Positions 10,067-20,334 are shown, counted from the whole stretch's first letter. The stretch is DNA of 53,106 nt, filler included, from Caldilineae bacterium (GCA_037446815.1; 21 parts of 21 records of this genome joined end to end with filler, not necessarily neighbours in it), one strand, 5' to 3'. The notes: generated by a model not told the origin, from the letters alone. A program made the numbers and translations.

Positions 10067-11017
10067 ATGAAACTGGTACGGTACTGCCCCGCGAAAAGCC
10101 GCAAATGCGGCAGGCTTGGCCTGCTGGTGGAGCGCCCCGACGGGCCTTACGTGCTGGACGTGGCGCGGGCCCGCGTATGGGTGTCGCCCGGCAGCCGGTT
10201 CGCGCCGATTCCAAACGACATCCACTCGCTCCTGCGTTCGTGGGACAAGGCCCTGGACATGTTGCGCGGGGTGCAGGACGCCGCCCTGCGTCGCTGGGAT
10301 GCGCTGCCGTTCGGCGTGGCCATGCCGCTGAGTAGCGTGCGCCTGGAAGCCCCCATCGCCCGACCGGGCAAGATCATCTGCGTCGGCCTGAACTTCCGCA
10401 AGCACCTGGTGGAGGCGCGGGGGCCGAACGCCACGCCTCCCCCCAAACCCTACGGCTTCCTCAAGGCCCCTTCGTCGGTCATCGGCCCCGACGACCCTAT
10501 CCTCGTGCCCCCGTGGACAACGAAACTGGACTACGAGGTGGAACTTGCCGCGGTCATCGGGATGGGCGGCGCCAATATCCCGCGCGAACAAGCCTTGCGC
10601 CACGTCGCGGGGTACGTCATCCTCAACGACGTGAGCGCCCGCGACGTGCAGGCCGAAGAGCACGCGCTGGGCTTTCTCACCCTCGGCAAGAGTTTCCCCA
10701 CATCCTGCCCCATGGGGCCGTACCTGCTCACGGCGGACGAACTGCCCGACCCGCACGTGCTGGAGATGGAGTCGCGCGTCAACGGGGAGGTGCGCCAGCA
10801 TGGCCACACCAGCGACCTCATCCACGACTTCCCCGCAATCATCGCCTACTGGTCGCGCATGGGGCTGGAGCCGGGGGACGTGATCGCATCGGGCACGCCG
10901 GCGGGCGTCGCGTTGGGGCGGGAGCCCGACACCTCCTGGTACCTGAAGCCTGGCGATGTGGTAGAGGCTAGCATAGAACGCTTGGGGACGCTCCGCAATC
11001 CCGTCGCTGCGGGTTAG
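10067..11017 (+). CDS. Fumarylacetoacetate hydrolase family protein
   Basis: KIICVGLNF, LDYEVELA, NDVSARD, GDVIASGTPAGV. Confidence 0.94.
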   Translation: MKLVRYCPAKSRKCGRLGLLVERPDGPYVLDVARARVWVSPGSRFAPIPNDIHSLLRSWDKALDMLRGVQDAALRRWDALPFGVAMPLSSVRLEAPIARPGKIICVGLNFRKHLVEARGPNATPPPKPYGFLKAPSSVIGPDDPILVPPWTTKLDYEVELAAVIGMGGANIPREQALRHVAGYVILNDVSARDVQAEEHALGFLTLGKSFPTSCPMGPYLLTADELPDPHVLEMESRVNGEVRQHGHTSDLIHDFPAIIAYWSRMGLEPGDVIASGTPAGVALGREPDTSWYLKPGDVVEASIERLGTLRNPVAAG

Positions 11018-11041
11018 CGCGTGTTCGGCAGATGCAGCGCG

Positions 11042-11614
11042 CTACCGCACGCGCCAGCGCACCGACGTTTTGTGAACGGCCACCGGCCACAAGCGGTCGG
11101 CCAGGGTGTGCAGGATATCCGCCAGACACTCCCCTGCAATCCACGCGCCTGCCTGGGCGGGCTTGTGGATAATCCAGAGGATGAGCGATAGCAGCAGATG
11201 GCTCCACCCCTTGGGCGTGCCGAAGATGATCCAACGCCCAATGGTGTTGATGAGCGTGAACACGAGGAGAATGTATCCGAGGCGCAGCAGCGTGCCGATG
11301 ACAGGCTGGTGCGATAGGCCGCGGTGGCGCGTCTGCTTGGCGTAGGGGTACCAGAAGGCGACGAACGCCAGGTACAGCGGCAGGCCGATGACGGGCCAGC
11401 GGCGGATTCGCGCCTCGGTCCGCGTGATGTGGTCCTGATCCAGATCGGGGTCCGCGAAGTAGGTGCCGAACAGCATCCCCGCCACCGCGTACCCCGTGAT
11501 TTCCAGCGCCATCCGGACGTCGGACGTGGCGTGCCAGGTGAGGGCAAAGGCGGTCGGCGCGCCGAGCAGGATCGCGGCCTCGTTGATGCGCTGATGGAGT
11601 TTCCCCGAGGGCAT
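11042..11614 (-). CDS. Putative metal-binding membrane protein (DUF2227-like)
   Basis: MPSGKLH, PDLD, HRGLSH and HTLAD motifs with TM segments. Confidence 0.8.
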   Translation of the reverse strand: MPSGKLHQRINEAAILLGAPTAFALTWHATSDVRMALEITGYAVAGMLFGTYFADPDLDQDHITRTEARIRRWPVIGLPLYLAFVAFWYPYAKQTRHRGLSHQPVIGTLLRLGYILLVFTLINTIGRWIIFGTPKGWSHLLLSLILWIIHKPAQAGAWIAGECLADILHTLADRLWPVAVHKTSVRWRVR

Positions 11615-11724
11615 CGTTTCCTCCGATGGCGTGCTGGACCGATGGCTACTGGAGCGCATTTTCTCCCGCCGCGCCCGAATGTCAAATCACAATGCCTGCG
11701 CTCTTGCGTCTTGGCCGATCAAGG

Positions 11725-11828
11725 GGCTCGGTTCCACCTTGTGTTGGTCTGTCCCGCGCGCCGCCTCCCCGCCCTGTCATGCTGAGCCGAAGGCGGTACG
11801 CCCTCGCCCTTCGGGAGAGGGCTGGGGT
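11725..11828 (+). mobile_element. Partial MITE, subfamily B left part
   Basis: GGCTCGGTTCCACCTTGTGTTGGTCTG...GTCATGCTGAGCC matches 44204 onward; cut by the contig end. Confidence 0.8.
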
Positions 11829-11997
11829 NNNNNNNNNNNNNNNNNNNNNNNNNNNNNNNNNNNNNNNNNNNNTTAATTAATTAANNNNNNNNNNNNNNNN
11901 NNNNNNNNNNNNNNNNNNNNNNNNNNNNGGCTGCGCTCGCGATGACGGACAGGGGGCGCGCCCCGGTCCGCCATCGCGAGATGGGGTCGACTCGCGC

Positions 11998-12801
11998 CTA
12001 CAGGATGCTCGCGCCCAACGCCACGAGGCCCACCGCCCAGCAGTAGATGGCGAAGGGCCACAGCCTGCGCCTTCGGACGAAGCCCAGCAGGAAGTGAATG
12101 GCCAGGTAGCCGGAAATGGCCGCGCTGGCGAACCCCAGCGCCAGCGGCAACAGCGCCGTGTCCTCGGGCCCGCGGATGGCGTGCGCCACCTGCGTCAGCC
12201 CAGCCCCCAGGATGATGGGCACCGACAGCAGGAAGGAGAATCGCGCCGCCATCTCGCGGGTCAGGCCCCGGAACACGCCGGCCGCGATGGTCAGCCCGCT
12301 GCGCGAAAGGCCGGGACAGATGGCCGCTGCCTGCGCCAGGCCGATGACCAGCGCATCGGGCAGGCGCACCACGGTGCGCTTGCTGCGTCGGGGGTACACA
12401 ACCTCGCTCGCCGCCAGGATCGCGCCCGTGGCGATGAGGAACCCGCCCACCGCCGCCGGCGCCGAGAACAGACCCTCAAAGAAATCCTGCAGAAGGAAGC
12501 CAACGACCGCGGCGGGAATCGTCCCCAGGATGATGAGCCACGCCATCCACGCCTGCGGCGTATCCACGCGCCTGCGCCGCACGCTGTCCACCCACGCGCG
12601 GATCATGCCCCACAGGTCCTCCCAGAAATACACCACAACCGCCAGGAGCGTGCCCCAGTGCACCAGCGTGTCGTACAGCAGCCCAGGCTCGCCCCATCCC
12701 AGCGCCTGGGGAATCAGCACCAGGTGGCCGGAACTGCTCACGGGCAGGAACTCCGTCAGCCCTTGCACGATGCCCAAAATGACGGCCTGCAATGAGTTCA
12801 T
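11998..12801 (-). CDS. uppP: Undecaprenyl-diphosphate phosphatase
   Basis: QGLTEFLPVSSSGHL, PGLSRSG, ARFSFLLS; start at 12801 or 12807. Confidence 0.96.
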   Translation of the reverse strand: MNSLQAVILGIVQGLTEFLPVSSSGHLVLIPQALGWGEPGLLYDTLVHWGTLLAVVVYFWEDLWGMIRAWVDSVRRRRVDTPQAWMAWLIILGTIPAAVVGFLLQDFFEGLFSAPAAVGGFLIATGAILAASEVVYPRRSKRTVVRLPDALVIGLAQAAAICPGLSRSGLTIAAGVFRGLTREMAARFSFLLSVPIILGAGLTQVAHAIRGPEDTALLPLALGFASAAISGYLAIHFLLGFVRRRRLWPFAIYCWAVGLVALGASIL

Positions 12802-12853
12802 CCTCATCTCCCCTCAACAGATGATGACACCGCCGAGGCGCGATCCATCGGGG

Positions 12854-14053
12854 CTATCTGCCGCCCTTGCCTTCGGGGTGGTTTCTTCGGCGAGCCTGCT
12901 GCTTGCTCCCACGGAGGGCGCGGTTTCGGGCGCGCACCTGTTCGTCGGGAACGCGAAACTCGGCGAGGAATTGCTCTTTGAACGCCAAGAACGTGTCCTC
13001 GGCGATGGCCTTGCGAATGTCGCGCATCAGTTGGAGCAAGAAGTGCACGTTATGGATGGTGGCCAGGTGCAGGCCGAGAATCTCGTCGCTCATGACCAGA
13101 TGGCGCATGTACGCGCGGGAGAAGTGCTGGCAGGTGTAGCAGGTACAGCCTTCCTCAATGGGCCGGGGGTCGCGGGTGTACTGCGCGTTGCGCAGGTTGA
13201 GGCGACCCGTGCGGGTGAAGACGGCGCCGTTCCGCGCCAAGCGCGTGGGCAGCACGCAGTCAAACATATCCACGCCCCGCGCCACGGCCTCCAGCACATC
13301 CTCCGGCGCGCCGACGCCCATTAGGTAGCGGGGCTTGTGCCGGGGCAGGTGCGGCTCCAGGAGTTCCAGCGTCCGGTACATGTCCTGCTTGCTCTCGCCC
13401 ACGCTGAGGCCGCCAATGGCGATGCCCGGGAAATCCAGGCCCGCGATGAACTCCGCGCTCTGGCGCCGCAAGTCTGGGAAGATGCCCCCTTGCACGATGC
13501 CGAAGAGCGCCTGGTCGGGGCGGGTGTGGGCCTCTCGGCAGCGCTCGGCCCAGCGGTGGGTGCGCTCCATGGCCGCCCGACTGTAGGCGTAGTCGGTGGG
13601 CGTGGCGCACTCATCAAAGCACATGATGATGTCGGCTCCCAACTGCTCCTGAATGCGCATCACCTTCTCCGGCGTGAAGATGTGCTCGGAGCCGTCCACG
13701 TGCGAGCGGAACACGACGCCGTCCTCGGTAACTTTGCGCAGGCCTTCCATGCTGAAGACCTGGAACCCGCCGCTGTCGGTGAGGATGGGGCCACGCCAGC
13801 CCATGAATCGGTGCAGCCCGCCCAACTCGGCCACGATGTCCGGCCCGGGGCGCAGGTACAGGTGATAGGTGTTCGCCAGAATCAGCGTCGCGCCCAGGCA
13901 TTCCAGGTCGCGGGGCGCCAGCGTCTTCACGGTGGCCTGGGTGCCCACGGGCGCGAAGACCGGCGTGGGGATGTCGCCGTGGGGCGTGTGCATCATGCCC
14001 AGCCGCGCGGCGGTCTGTGTGCATTCGTGTTGGAGTTCAAAGAGGAACTGCAT
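12854..14053 (-). CDS. tgt: tRNA-guanine(34) transglycosylase
   Basis: PVGTQATVK, NTYHL, TDSGGFQ, GIVQGG, DCVLPTR and the CxCxxC...H zinc site. Confidence 0.97.
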   Translation of the reverse strand: MQFLFELQHECTQTAARLGMMHTPHGDIPTPVFAPVGTQATVKTLAPRDLECLGATLILANTYHLYLRPGPDIVAELGGLHRFMGWRGPILTDSGGFQVFSMEGLRKVTEDGVVFRSHVDGSEHIFTPEKVMRIQEQLGADIIMCFDECATPTDYAYSRAAMERTHRWAERCREAHTRPDQALFGIVQGGIFPDLRRQSAEFIAGLDFPGIAIGGLSVGESKQDMYRTLELLEPHLPRHKPRYLMGVGAPEDVLEAVARGVDMFDCVLPTRLARNGAVFTRTGRLNLRNAQYTRDPRPIEEGCTCYTCQHFSRAYMRHLVMSDEILGLHLATIHNVHFLLQLMRDIRKAIAEDTFLAFKEQFLAEFRVPDEQVRARNRALRGSKQQARRRNHPEGKGGR

Positions 14054-14166
14054 TCTGCCTTTAGCCTCTGGCCGTTCGCCTTGGGCGCCGGCGTGCTGCC
14101 CTGGACGGTGGGCACGTTCCCTGACCGTTGCGGGCAGTCGGCCGATGCCAACGGCTGCTTGCGGCG

Positions 14167-14195
14167 ATTATATCACAACGCGCCATCGGCGCGAA
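14167..14195 (-). promoter_or_regulatory. Putative sigma70 promoter of tgt-uppP
   Basis: TTCGCG-N17-TATAAT with extended TG; 15 bp from a MITE TIR beginning at 14211. Confidence 0.6.
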
Positions 14196-14210
14196 ACGCG
14201 CCGGGGCCCG

Positions 14211-14495
14211 AATTCGGTTCCAAACTGTGTTGGTCAAGTTCACGCGAATTCGCGTCGCGCACAATGCCGCAAGACGCGAAGCAGCCTCGGAGGAGTGCAA
14301 CCGCCAATAACGCGAATCCACGCGAACAGGGTTGGGGTGCATCCACGGATGGCACGGATTGCGGGGATTGGGGAGAGTAGGGGCGACCGATCGGTCGCCC
14401 CTACGCGATGGCGCCCCGCATTCGGTTCCAGCGTCTGCGGGTGGCTGTCATTGCGAGGGCGTGGAGCGCCCGAAGCAATCCCCGGGGCGTGAGGT
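14211..14495. repeat. Cluster of MITE TIR remnants and palindromic repeats
   Basis: TIR-like AATTCGGTTCCAAACTGTGTTGGT at 14211, CACGCGAAT/CACGGAT motifs, GTAG REP at 14377-14404, degenerate inverted subfamily A end near 14419-14495. Confidence 0.7.
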
Positions 14496-14649
14496 TGATT
14501 ATATGAGAGCGCTGCACCTCCCGAGTATAATGGGGTTGCAAAAGGCCAANNNNNNNNNNNNNNNNNNNNNNNNNNNNNNNNNNNNNNNNNNNNTTAATTA
14601 ATTAANNNNNNNNNNNNNNNNNNNNNNNNNNNNNNNNNNNNNNNNNNNN

Positions 14650-14701
14650 GGCGCTCCGCGCCCTCGCAATGACAAATACCAACAGACTTTGGAACCGAAT
14701 C
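14650..14701 (+). mobile_element. Partial MITE, subfamily A right end
   Basis: CTCGCAATGACAAATACCAACAGACTTTGGAACCGAATC. Confidence 0.85.
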
Positions 14702-14716
14702 CGCCAGCGCCCGCGG

Positions 14717-14744
14717 TTGCGCCGCCGGCAATGTGGGCTATAAT
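14717..14744 (+). promoter_or_regulatory. Putative sigma70 promoter
   Basis: TTGCGC-N16-TATAAT; 15 bp from the MITE end. Confidence 0.6.
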
Positions 14745-14825
14745 ACACTCGCGCGAGAGGAGAAGCGGTTCCAGCAAGCGAGTCTGCAAGAACTCGGGCC
14801 AAGTCGTCCCGAAGGAGGGTCTGAG

Positions 14826-15806
14826 ATGAAAAGGTTACCGGTGCTGATGATTCTCACTGTAGTAGCGCTATTGGTTGCGGGGTGCGGCTTGCTGCCGAGC
14901 CAGCAAGCGCCCGCCCAGCCGACGACAATCCCGGCCCAGCCCACGCAGCCTACCGTGGGCGGCGACACCCTGCCCACAGCCGTGATTCCCACGCCGGGCG
15001 CGGAGGTGGGCACCGTCGCCGCGCGGGTCAACGGCCAGGACATCCCCATGGCCGTATTCCAGAAGCAGTTCTTCCAGTTCAAGGTCGCGCTGACGGACCA
15101 GAACGTGGACCTCACCACGGACGAGGGCAAGGCCGCGCTGGCCCAGGTGCGGACGCAGGTGCTCAACTCGCTGATTGAGTTGGCGCTCATCCAGCAGGCC
15201 GCGGCGCGCATGGGCATCTCCATCTCCGACGAGCAACTGGAGGCGCGCGTTCAGGAGACGGTCGCATCCGGCGGGGGCGAGGAAAAATTCCAGGAGTGGC
15301 TTGCCGAAAGCGGCATCACGCCCGAAGAGTTCCGCGAGCAACTCCGCGCCGAACTGTTGACCGAGATGGTCATCCAGCAGGTAACCGGCTCGGTGCCGGA
15401 GAAGGCCGAGCAGGTGCACGCGCGACACATCCTGTTGAGCACCGAACAGGCGGCCCAAGAAGCCCTGCGCCGAGTCCAGGCGGGCGAGGATTTCGCCAAG
15501 GTGGCCCGCGAGATGTCGCAGGACGACATCACCCGCGCCGATGGTGGCGATTTGGGGTTCTTCCCCAAAGGCATGCTCAGCGTGCCGAAGGAGATAGAAG
15601 ACGCGGCCTTCGCGTTGCAGCCCGGCCAGGTCAGCGGCATCGTCCGTAGCCCCTACGGGTACCACATTATCCAGGTGCTGGAGCGGCAGACGGGACGACC
15701 GCTCCCGCCGGACGTGTACCAGGCGATGAAGCAGAAAGCCTTTGACGATTGGCTGCAACAGCAGCGCGCCGCCGCGCAAGTAGAGATTCTGGTGCCAACA
15801 GAGTAG
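14826..15806 (+). CDS. PrsA/SurA-like parvulin peptidyl-prolyl isomerase lipoprotein
   Basis: Lipobox LVAGC, SurA-like N domain, ARHIL, FAKVAREMSQD, GGDLG, YGYHII. Confidence 0.9.
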   Translation: MKRLPVLMILTVVALLVAGCGLLPSQQAPAQPTTIPAQPTQPTVGGDTLPTAVIPTPGAEVGTVAARVNGQDIPMAVFQKQFFQFKVALTDQNVDLTTDEGKAALAQVRTQVLNSLIELALIQQAAARMGISISDEQLEARVQETVASGGGEEKFQEWLAESGITPEEFREQLRAELLTEMVIQQVTGSVPEKAEQVHARHILLSTEQAAQEALRRVQAGEDFAKVAREMSQDDITRADGGDLGFFPKGMLSVPKEIEDAAFALQPGQVSGIVRSPYGYHIIQVLERQTGRPLPPDVYQAMKQKAFDDWLQQQRAAAQVEILVPTE

Positions 15807-15814
15807 CAAGGGAT

Positions 15815-15895
15815 TTTCACCGCAGAGCCGCAAGACCCAGAGCACGCAGGGAAGACTCAAGACTCCTCTGCGCCCTCAGCGTCTCCGCAGTGAAA
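15815..15895. repeat. Intergenic palindromic element (TTCACCGCAGAG...CTCCGCAGTGAA class)
   Basis: Imperfect long hairpin; related element at 36221-36291. Confidence 0.65.
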
Positions 15896-15917
15896 GCAAA
15901 CCGATGGAAGGTGCACC

Positions 15918-17057
15918 ATGACGCTGGTTCTGGGCATAGAAACGTCGTGCGACGAGACGGGCGCGGCCGTCGTGGAGAACGGCCGGCGCATCCTGAGCAA
16001 TGTGGTCGCCTCGCAGATTGACCTGCACAAGCAGTACGGCGGCGTGTTTCCGGAGATCGCCTCGCGCCAGCACATCCTCACCATCGTGCCGGTCATCCAG
16101 CAGGCCATGCGCGACGCTGGCGCGGAGTGGCGCGACCTGGACGCCATCGCCGTAACCTACGGCCCCGGGTTGGCCGGGTCGCTCCTGGTGGGCGTCAACG
16201 CGGCCAAGGCGCTGGCATTCGCCCACAACATCCCCCTGGTAGGCGTGAATCACATTGAGGCGCACATCTACGCCAACTGGCTCATCCCCACCAGGCCCGC
16301 GCCCACCGACTTGGGCAGCGCGCCGGATGCGCCCGCACAACCGCCCGCACCGTCCCCAGAGCCGCAATTCCCGCTGGTGGCCCTCATCGTCTCCGGCGGG
16401 CACACGGAACTCCTGCTGATGACCGATCACGGTCAATTCAAGCGCCTGGGCGCCACCATTGACGACGCCGCGGGCGAAGCCTTTGACAAAGTGGCGCGGC
16501 TGCTGGGCCTGGGATTCCCCGGCGGCCCGGCCATCCAGCAGGCGGCGTCGCGCGGCAGCGCGGAAGCGTTCCAGTTCCCGCGCGCCTGGCTCAAGGGGAC
16601 GTATGACTTCTCGTTCAGCGGGCTGAAGACGGCCGTCCTCCGCACCGTGCGGAAATACGAGGCGAAGATGGGCGCGCCCGCTGCCGACCGCAAATCCAAA
16701 CTCGTCTCCTCGCAGACGCCGCCCGTCATGCACCAGATACCGGTTCCTCACCTCGCCGCCAGTTTCCAGGCGGCGGTTGTGGACGTGCTGGTGGAGAAGA
16801 CGCGCCAGGCCGCCGAGACCACCAGGGCTAGGCAGGTGCTCCTGGCGGGCGGCGTGGCCGCGAACGCCCTGCTCCGCAAGGAGATGACCGCTCGCCTCGC
16901 GCCCTTGCCGGTGCTGGTGCCGCCGCCCGCCCTGTGCACCGACAACGCGGCCCCCATTGCCAGCCTGGGCTACTTCCGCTTCATGCGCGGCGAGCGAGCC
17001 GGTCATGGGCTAGACGTGGACCCGAATCTCAAACTCGGCGTCGCGCCAACCGCGTAG
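15918..17057 (+). CDS. tsaD: t6A37 threonylcarbamoyltransferase subunit TsaD
   Basis: [49 protein letters not shown]. Confidence 0.97.
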   Translation: MTLVLGIETSCDETGAAVVENGRRILSNVVASQIDLHKQYGGVFPEIASRQHILTIVPVIQQAMRDAGAEWRDLDAIAVTYGPGLAGSLLVGVNAAKALAFAHNIPLVGVNHIEAHIYANWLIPTRPAPTDLGSAPDAPAQPPAPSPEPQFPLVALIVSGGHTELLLMTDHGQFKRLGATIDDAAGEAFDKVARLLGLGFPGGPAIQQAASRGSAEAFQFPRAWLKGTYDFSFSGLKTAVLRTVRKYEAKMGAPAADRKSKLVSSQTPPVMHQIPVPHLAASFQAAVVDVLVEKTRQAAETTRARQVLLAGGVAANALLRKEMTARLAPLPVLVPPPALCTDNAAPIASLGYFRFMRGERAGHGLDVDPNLKLGVAPTA

Positions 17058-17343
17058 AGGCTGCCCGCCGCGGTTCCAAAGGCTGTCGGTAGCCGTCCTT
17101 GCGAGGGCGCGGAGTCCCGACGTATCCACGAGTAACACGAATCTACACGAACACGGATGACGCGGGCACAGCGCGGGGCCTACCCCAGCCCGCATAGGCT
17201 TCGTGCGTTTAGCCCGATGCTTCAGTGTCGGGCGGCCCGCGCGNNNNNNNNNNNNNNNNNNNNNNNNNNNNNNNNNNNNNNNNNNNNTTAATTAATTAAN
17301 NNNNNNNNNNNNNNNNNNNNNNNNNNNNNNNNNNNNNNNNNNN

Positions 17344-17425
17344 AAGCAATCGCACGCCCCGGAGGTTGCTTCGGGCGCTCCGCGCCCTCGCAATGACAGC
17401 CATCACCAGACTCTGGAACCGAATC
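17344..17425 (+). mobile_element. Partial MITE, subfamily A right part
   Basis: CTCGCAATGAC...ACCAGACTCTGGAACCGAATC. Confidence 0.8.
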
Positions 17426-17486
17426 CAATCCAAAATCAATTTGACAGCGGTAGTATAATGGGCGAAAAGTCTGGGAGGTTTTGCCC

Positions 17487-18191
17487 GTGCGTTTTTCCTT
17501 CGCACCCGACTTCGCAGCCCTGTTCCCGGAGTACAGCCGCTGGCTCGTGGTGGCACACCGCATGAACAACCGCGGCGACCACCCCGAGGTGGCCCGCCTG
17601 CTGGAGGAAGCCAGCGCCCGCGTCCGCGCCGACGCGGCCCTCGCCTCCAACCCCGCCGCCCACCCGCGCCTGGCCGCCTGGCGCGAAGCATTCCGTCAAT
17701 TCGGCGCAAAGCCGGCGGACACCCGTCCGGCGCTGGAATCGCTGGTGCGCCGCGTTGTCAAAGGCGACACCATCCCCTACATCAACACCGCCGTGGCGCT
17801 GATGAACGCGCTCTCATTGGCCCATCTGCTGCCTTGCGGTGGCGATGACCTGAATCAGGTGGTGGGCGACTTCTCGCTCCGCCTGGCCCGCGGCGACGAG
17901 CCGTTCACCCCGTTCATCGGCGGCGAGACCGAGTATCCCGCGCTCGGCGAGGTGATTCTGGCCGACGATGCCCGCGTCATGTGTCGTCGTTGGATTTGGC
18001 GGCAGGGCGACGCCACCAAAATCACGCCCGACACCACTGCCGTCGCCATCAATGTGGATGTCCTGCCCCCGGCCACCGTGGCCGAAGGGGAGGCCGCCGC
18101 CCGCGAGATCGCCGAGCGGCTGCGCACCTTCTGCGGCGCAGACGTTCGCATCTACCTGCTGAACCGCGAGCACCCCATCGCCGAGTGGTAA
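17487..18191 (+). CDS. Stand-alone B3/4 domain protein (tRNA-editing-like)
   Basis: AWREAFRQFGAKP, ESLVRR, PYIN, LPCGGDDL, CRRWIWRQ; start at 17481 (TTG) or 17487 (GTG). Confidence 0.88.
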   Translation: MRFSFAPDFAALFPEYSRWLVVAHRMNNRGDHPEVARLLEEASARVRADAALASNPAAHPRLAAWREAFRQFGAKPADTRPALESLVRRVVKGDTIPYINTAVALMNALSLAHLLPCGGDDLNQVVGDFSLRLARGDEPFTPFIGGETEYPALGEVILADDARVMCRRWIWRQGDATKITPDTTAVAINVDVLPPATVAEGEAAAREIAERLRTFCGADVRIYLLNREHPIAEW

Positions 18192-18209
18192 CGGCGAAAG
18201 GAGGCCGAC

Positions 18210-19748
18210 ATGTACATGCAGAACCACCGCAAGTTCGGCGTCGGGAACGCCGTCGTTGCCCTCGTCTGCGTGGCCGCCATCGTCGTGTGCGCCTACCAGA
18301 TTCAGGCCGCAGGAGAGGGCATCGCCCGGGAAAACCTCACGGTCGGGAGCACGCCTGTGGAGATCTTCCGGCCAGCGGGGGGCGCGTCCGAGCCAGCCGT
18401 CGTGGTGGCGCACGGGTTCTCCGGCTCGCGGCAAATCATGTACAGCATCGGCTACACCCTCGCGCAGAACGGCTACCTGGCCGCGCTGCTGGACTTCCCC
18501 GGCCACGGCCGCAACCCCATCCCGCTACGCCAGGCAGGACATGTCCGCGACGTTACCCAGTTGACCGACGCCTTCGGCCAGGTGGTGGACTATGTACGCG
18601 CACGCGACGATACGTTAGACGACCAGATCGCCGTGCTGGGCCACTCCATGGGCACCGCGGTGGTGATGACCTACGGGCTGAATCATAGCGACGTGGGCGC
18701 AACCCTCGCCCTCTCGGCCATCTTCACCGACATCACGCCGTCCATGCCGCACAACCTCTTGCTTCTCACCGGCGCGTTGGAGTTCGGCAACCTCAAGCAG
18801 AACGCCCTCGCGGCGCTGCGCAACGGCGGGGGACAGGAACCCGATGTGCTATACGGCGACTTCGCCACGGGCACCGCGCGGCAACTGATGTTCGTGCCGA
18901 ATACCGAGCACGTTACCATCCTGTTCAGCCGCGAGACCCTGAAGCGCATCACCGACTGGCTGGACGCGGCGTTCGGACACGTGTCGCGGGGCTGGACCGA
19001 TGGGCGCATGGTGTGGGTGCTGGTGCTCCACGCTGCGGCGCTAGGGCTGTACCTGCCGTTGAGCCAATGGGTGTGGTGGAAACGCGCGCCCATCCGCGGG
19101 CGGCGGATGCGGGCGCAGGACCTGCTGCTGTTCAAGGGCGTGCCCGCGCTGCTGACGCCGCTGGTGCTCTGGGCGCTGTCGCCGGTGACCACGCTGATTC
19201 CCCTGGCGGTCGCCAATTACCTGGCGGTCTACTTCTTCCTGGCGGGCATCGGGAGCCTGGCCCTCCTGCGGTGGCGCGGCCTGCTGGAGCGGCGCACGTG
19301 GCGCGGCTGGCTTCGCCCTGGATGTATCGGCGCGGGGCTTGTGCTTTTCGCCTACATCGTGCTCGCCCTGTTCATCCCCGGCGACCAGACGTGGACGAGC
19401 CTGATCCCCACGGGGAAGCGGGCACTGTGGTTCGCCGTGCTGGCCGTGTTGTGCTTCCCTTACTTCCTGGCCGATACGTCGCTCACCTACGCCAGAGGCC
19501 GAGGCCAGACGCTGTGGCGCTTTGCCCTCACCAAGGCCCTCTTCCTGGCGTCCATGTTCCTCGCGCTGCAACTGAATCCGGGGCTATTCTTCATCCTGCT
19601 GCTGTTGCCCTTCCTGCTGGTGGCGTGGATCATGTTCGGCGTGTATGCCACGCGGGCCACGTCGCGGCTGGCGTCGCCGATACCCGGGGCGATCGCCACC
19701 GCGTTCGCCTTCGCGTGGTTCATGGCGTCGCTGTTCCCCATGGTGTAG
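18210..19748 (+). CDS. Alpha/beta hydrolase with C-terminal multi-pass membrane domain
   Basis: HGFSG oxyanion motif, GHSMG nucleophile elbow, EH catalytic His candidate, about 8 C-terminal TM segments; AAAGGAGG RBS. Confidence 0.88.
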   Translation: MYMQNHRKFGVGNAVVALVCVAAIVVCAYQIQAAGEGIARENLTVGSTPVEIFRPAGGASEPAVVVAHGFSGSRQIMYSIGYTLAQNGYLAALLDFPGHGRNPIPLRQAGHVRDVTQLTDAFGQVVDYVRARDDTLDDQIAVLGHSMGTAVVMTYGLNHSDVGATLALSAIFTDITPSMPHNLLLLTGALEFGNLKQNALAALRNGGGQEPDVLYGDFATGTARQLMFVPNTEHVTILFSRETLKRITDWLDAAFGHVSRGWTDGRMVWVLVLHAAALGLYLPLSQWVWWKRAPIRGRRMRAQDLLLFKGVPALLTPLVLWALSPVTTLIPLAVANYLAVYFFLAGIGSLALLRWRGLLERRTWRGWLRPGCIGAGLVLFAYIVLALFIPGDQTWTSLIPTGKRALWFAVLAVLCFPYFLADTSLTYARGRGQTLWRFALTKALFLASMFLALQLNPGLFFILLLLPFLLVAWIMFGVYATRATSRLASPIPGAIATAFAFAWFMASLFPMV

Positions 19749-20017
19749 GGCGCGCACGGCGTCCCGCTGCCGCGGCGCGGGCTACAACCGCGAACAGAAA
19801 CGGTATCCACGGATAACACGGAGTGCGCGACTGGCGGGAGATTCTTCGGCGCTTCGCCGCTCGGAATGACACAAGTGCCCCCTCGCCCGCCTCAGCGGGA
19901 GAGGGCCGGGGTGAGGGNNNNNNNNNNNNNNNNNNNNNNNNNNNNNNNNNNNNNNNNNNNNTTAATTAATTAANNNNNNNNNNNNNNNNNNNNNNNNNNN
20001 NNNNNNNNNNNNNNNNN

Positions 20018-20232
20018 GCGAACCGCGCCGCGAAGAATCCCGTAGAGCAAGTTGCCAACTTGCTATACCTCGCCCCATCCGTGCAATCCGCGCTGTCGGT
20101 GGGTGCTCTCCCGCGAGTAGGGACGACCGGCCGGTCGCCCCTACATGCGCGCAGCCGCGAAGAATCTCGTAGAGCAAGTTGCCAACTTGCTCTACTGTGC
20201 CCCATCCGCGCAATCCGTGTTATCCGTGGGTA
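20018..20232. repeat. Duplicated composite REP-like module
   Basis: Two copies of GCGAAGAATC + GTAGAGCAAGTTGCCAACTTGCT(A/C)TAC (20042-20068, 20169-20195) + ATCCG..CAATCCG, separated by a GTAG REP at 20117-20144; an inverted relative lies at 51088-51170. Confidence 0.8.
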
Positions 20233-20265
20233 CGCCCCACCCCGGCGCTTCGCCGTCGGCGCGCC

Positions 20266-20294
20266 TTGACGCCCGCGCCGCCTTCCGCTACACT
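20266..20294 (+). promoter_or_regulatory. Putative sigma70 promoter
   Basis: TTGACG-N17-TACACT. Confidence 0.6.
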
Positions 20295-20334
20295 GTCGGC
20301 AGGCATTCGCGGGCATTCTACTGAGGAGGCGCAT

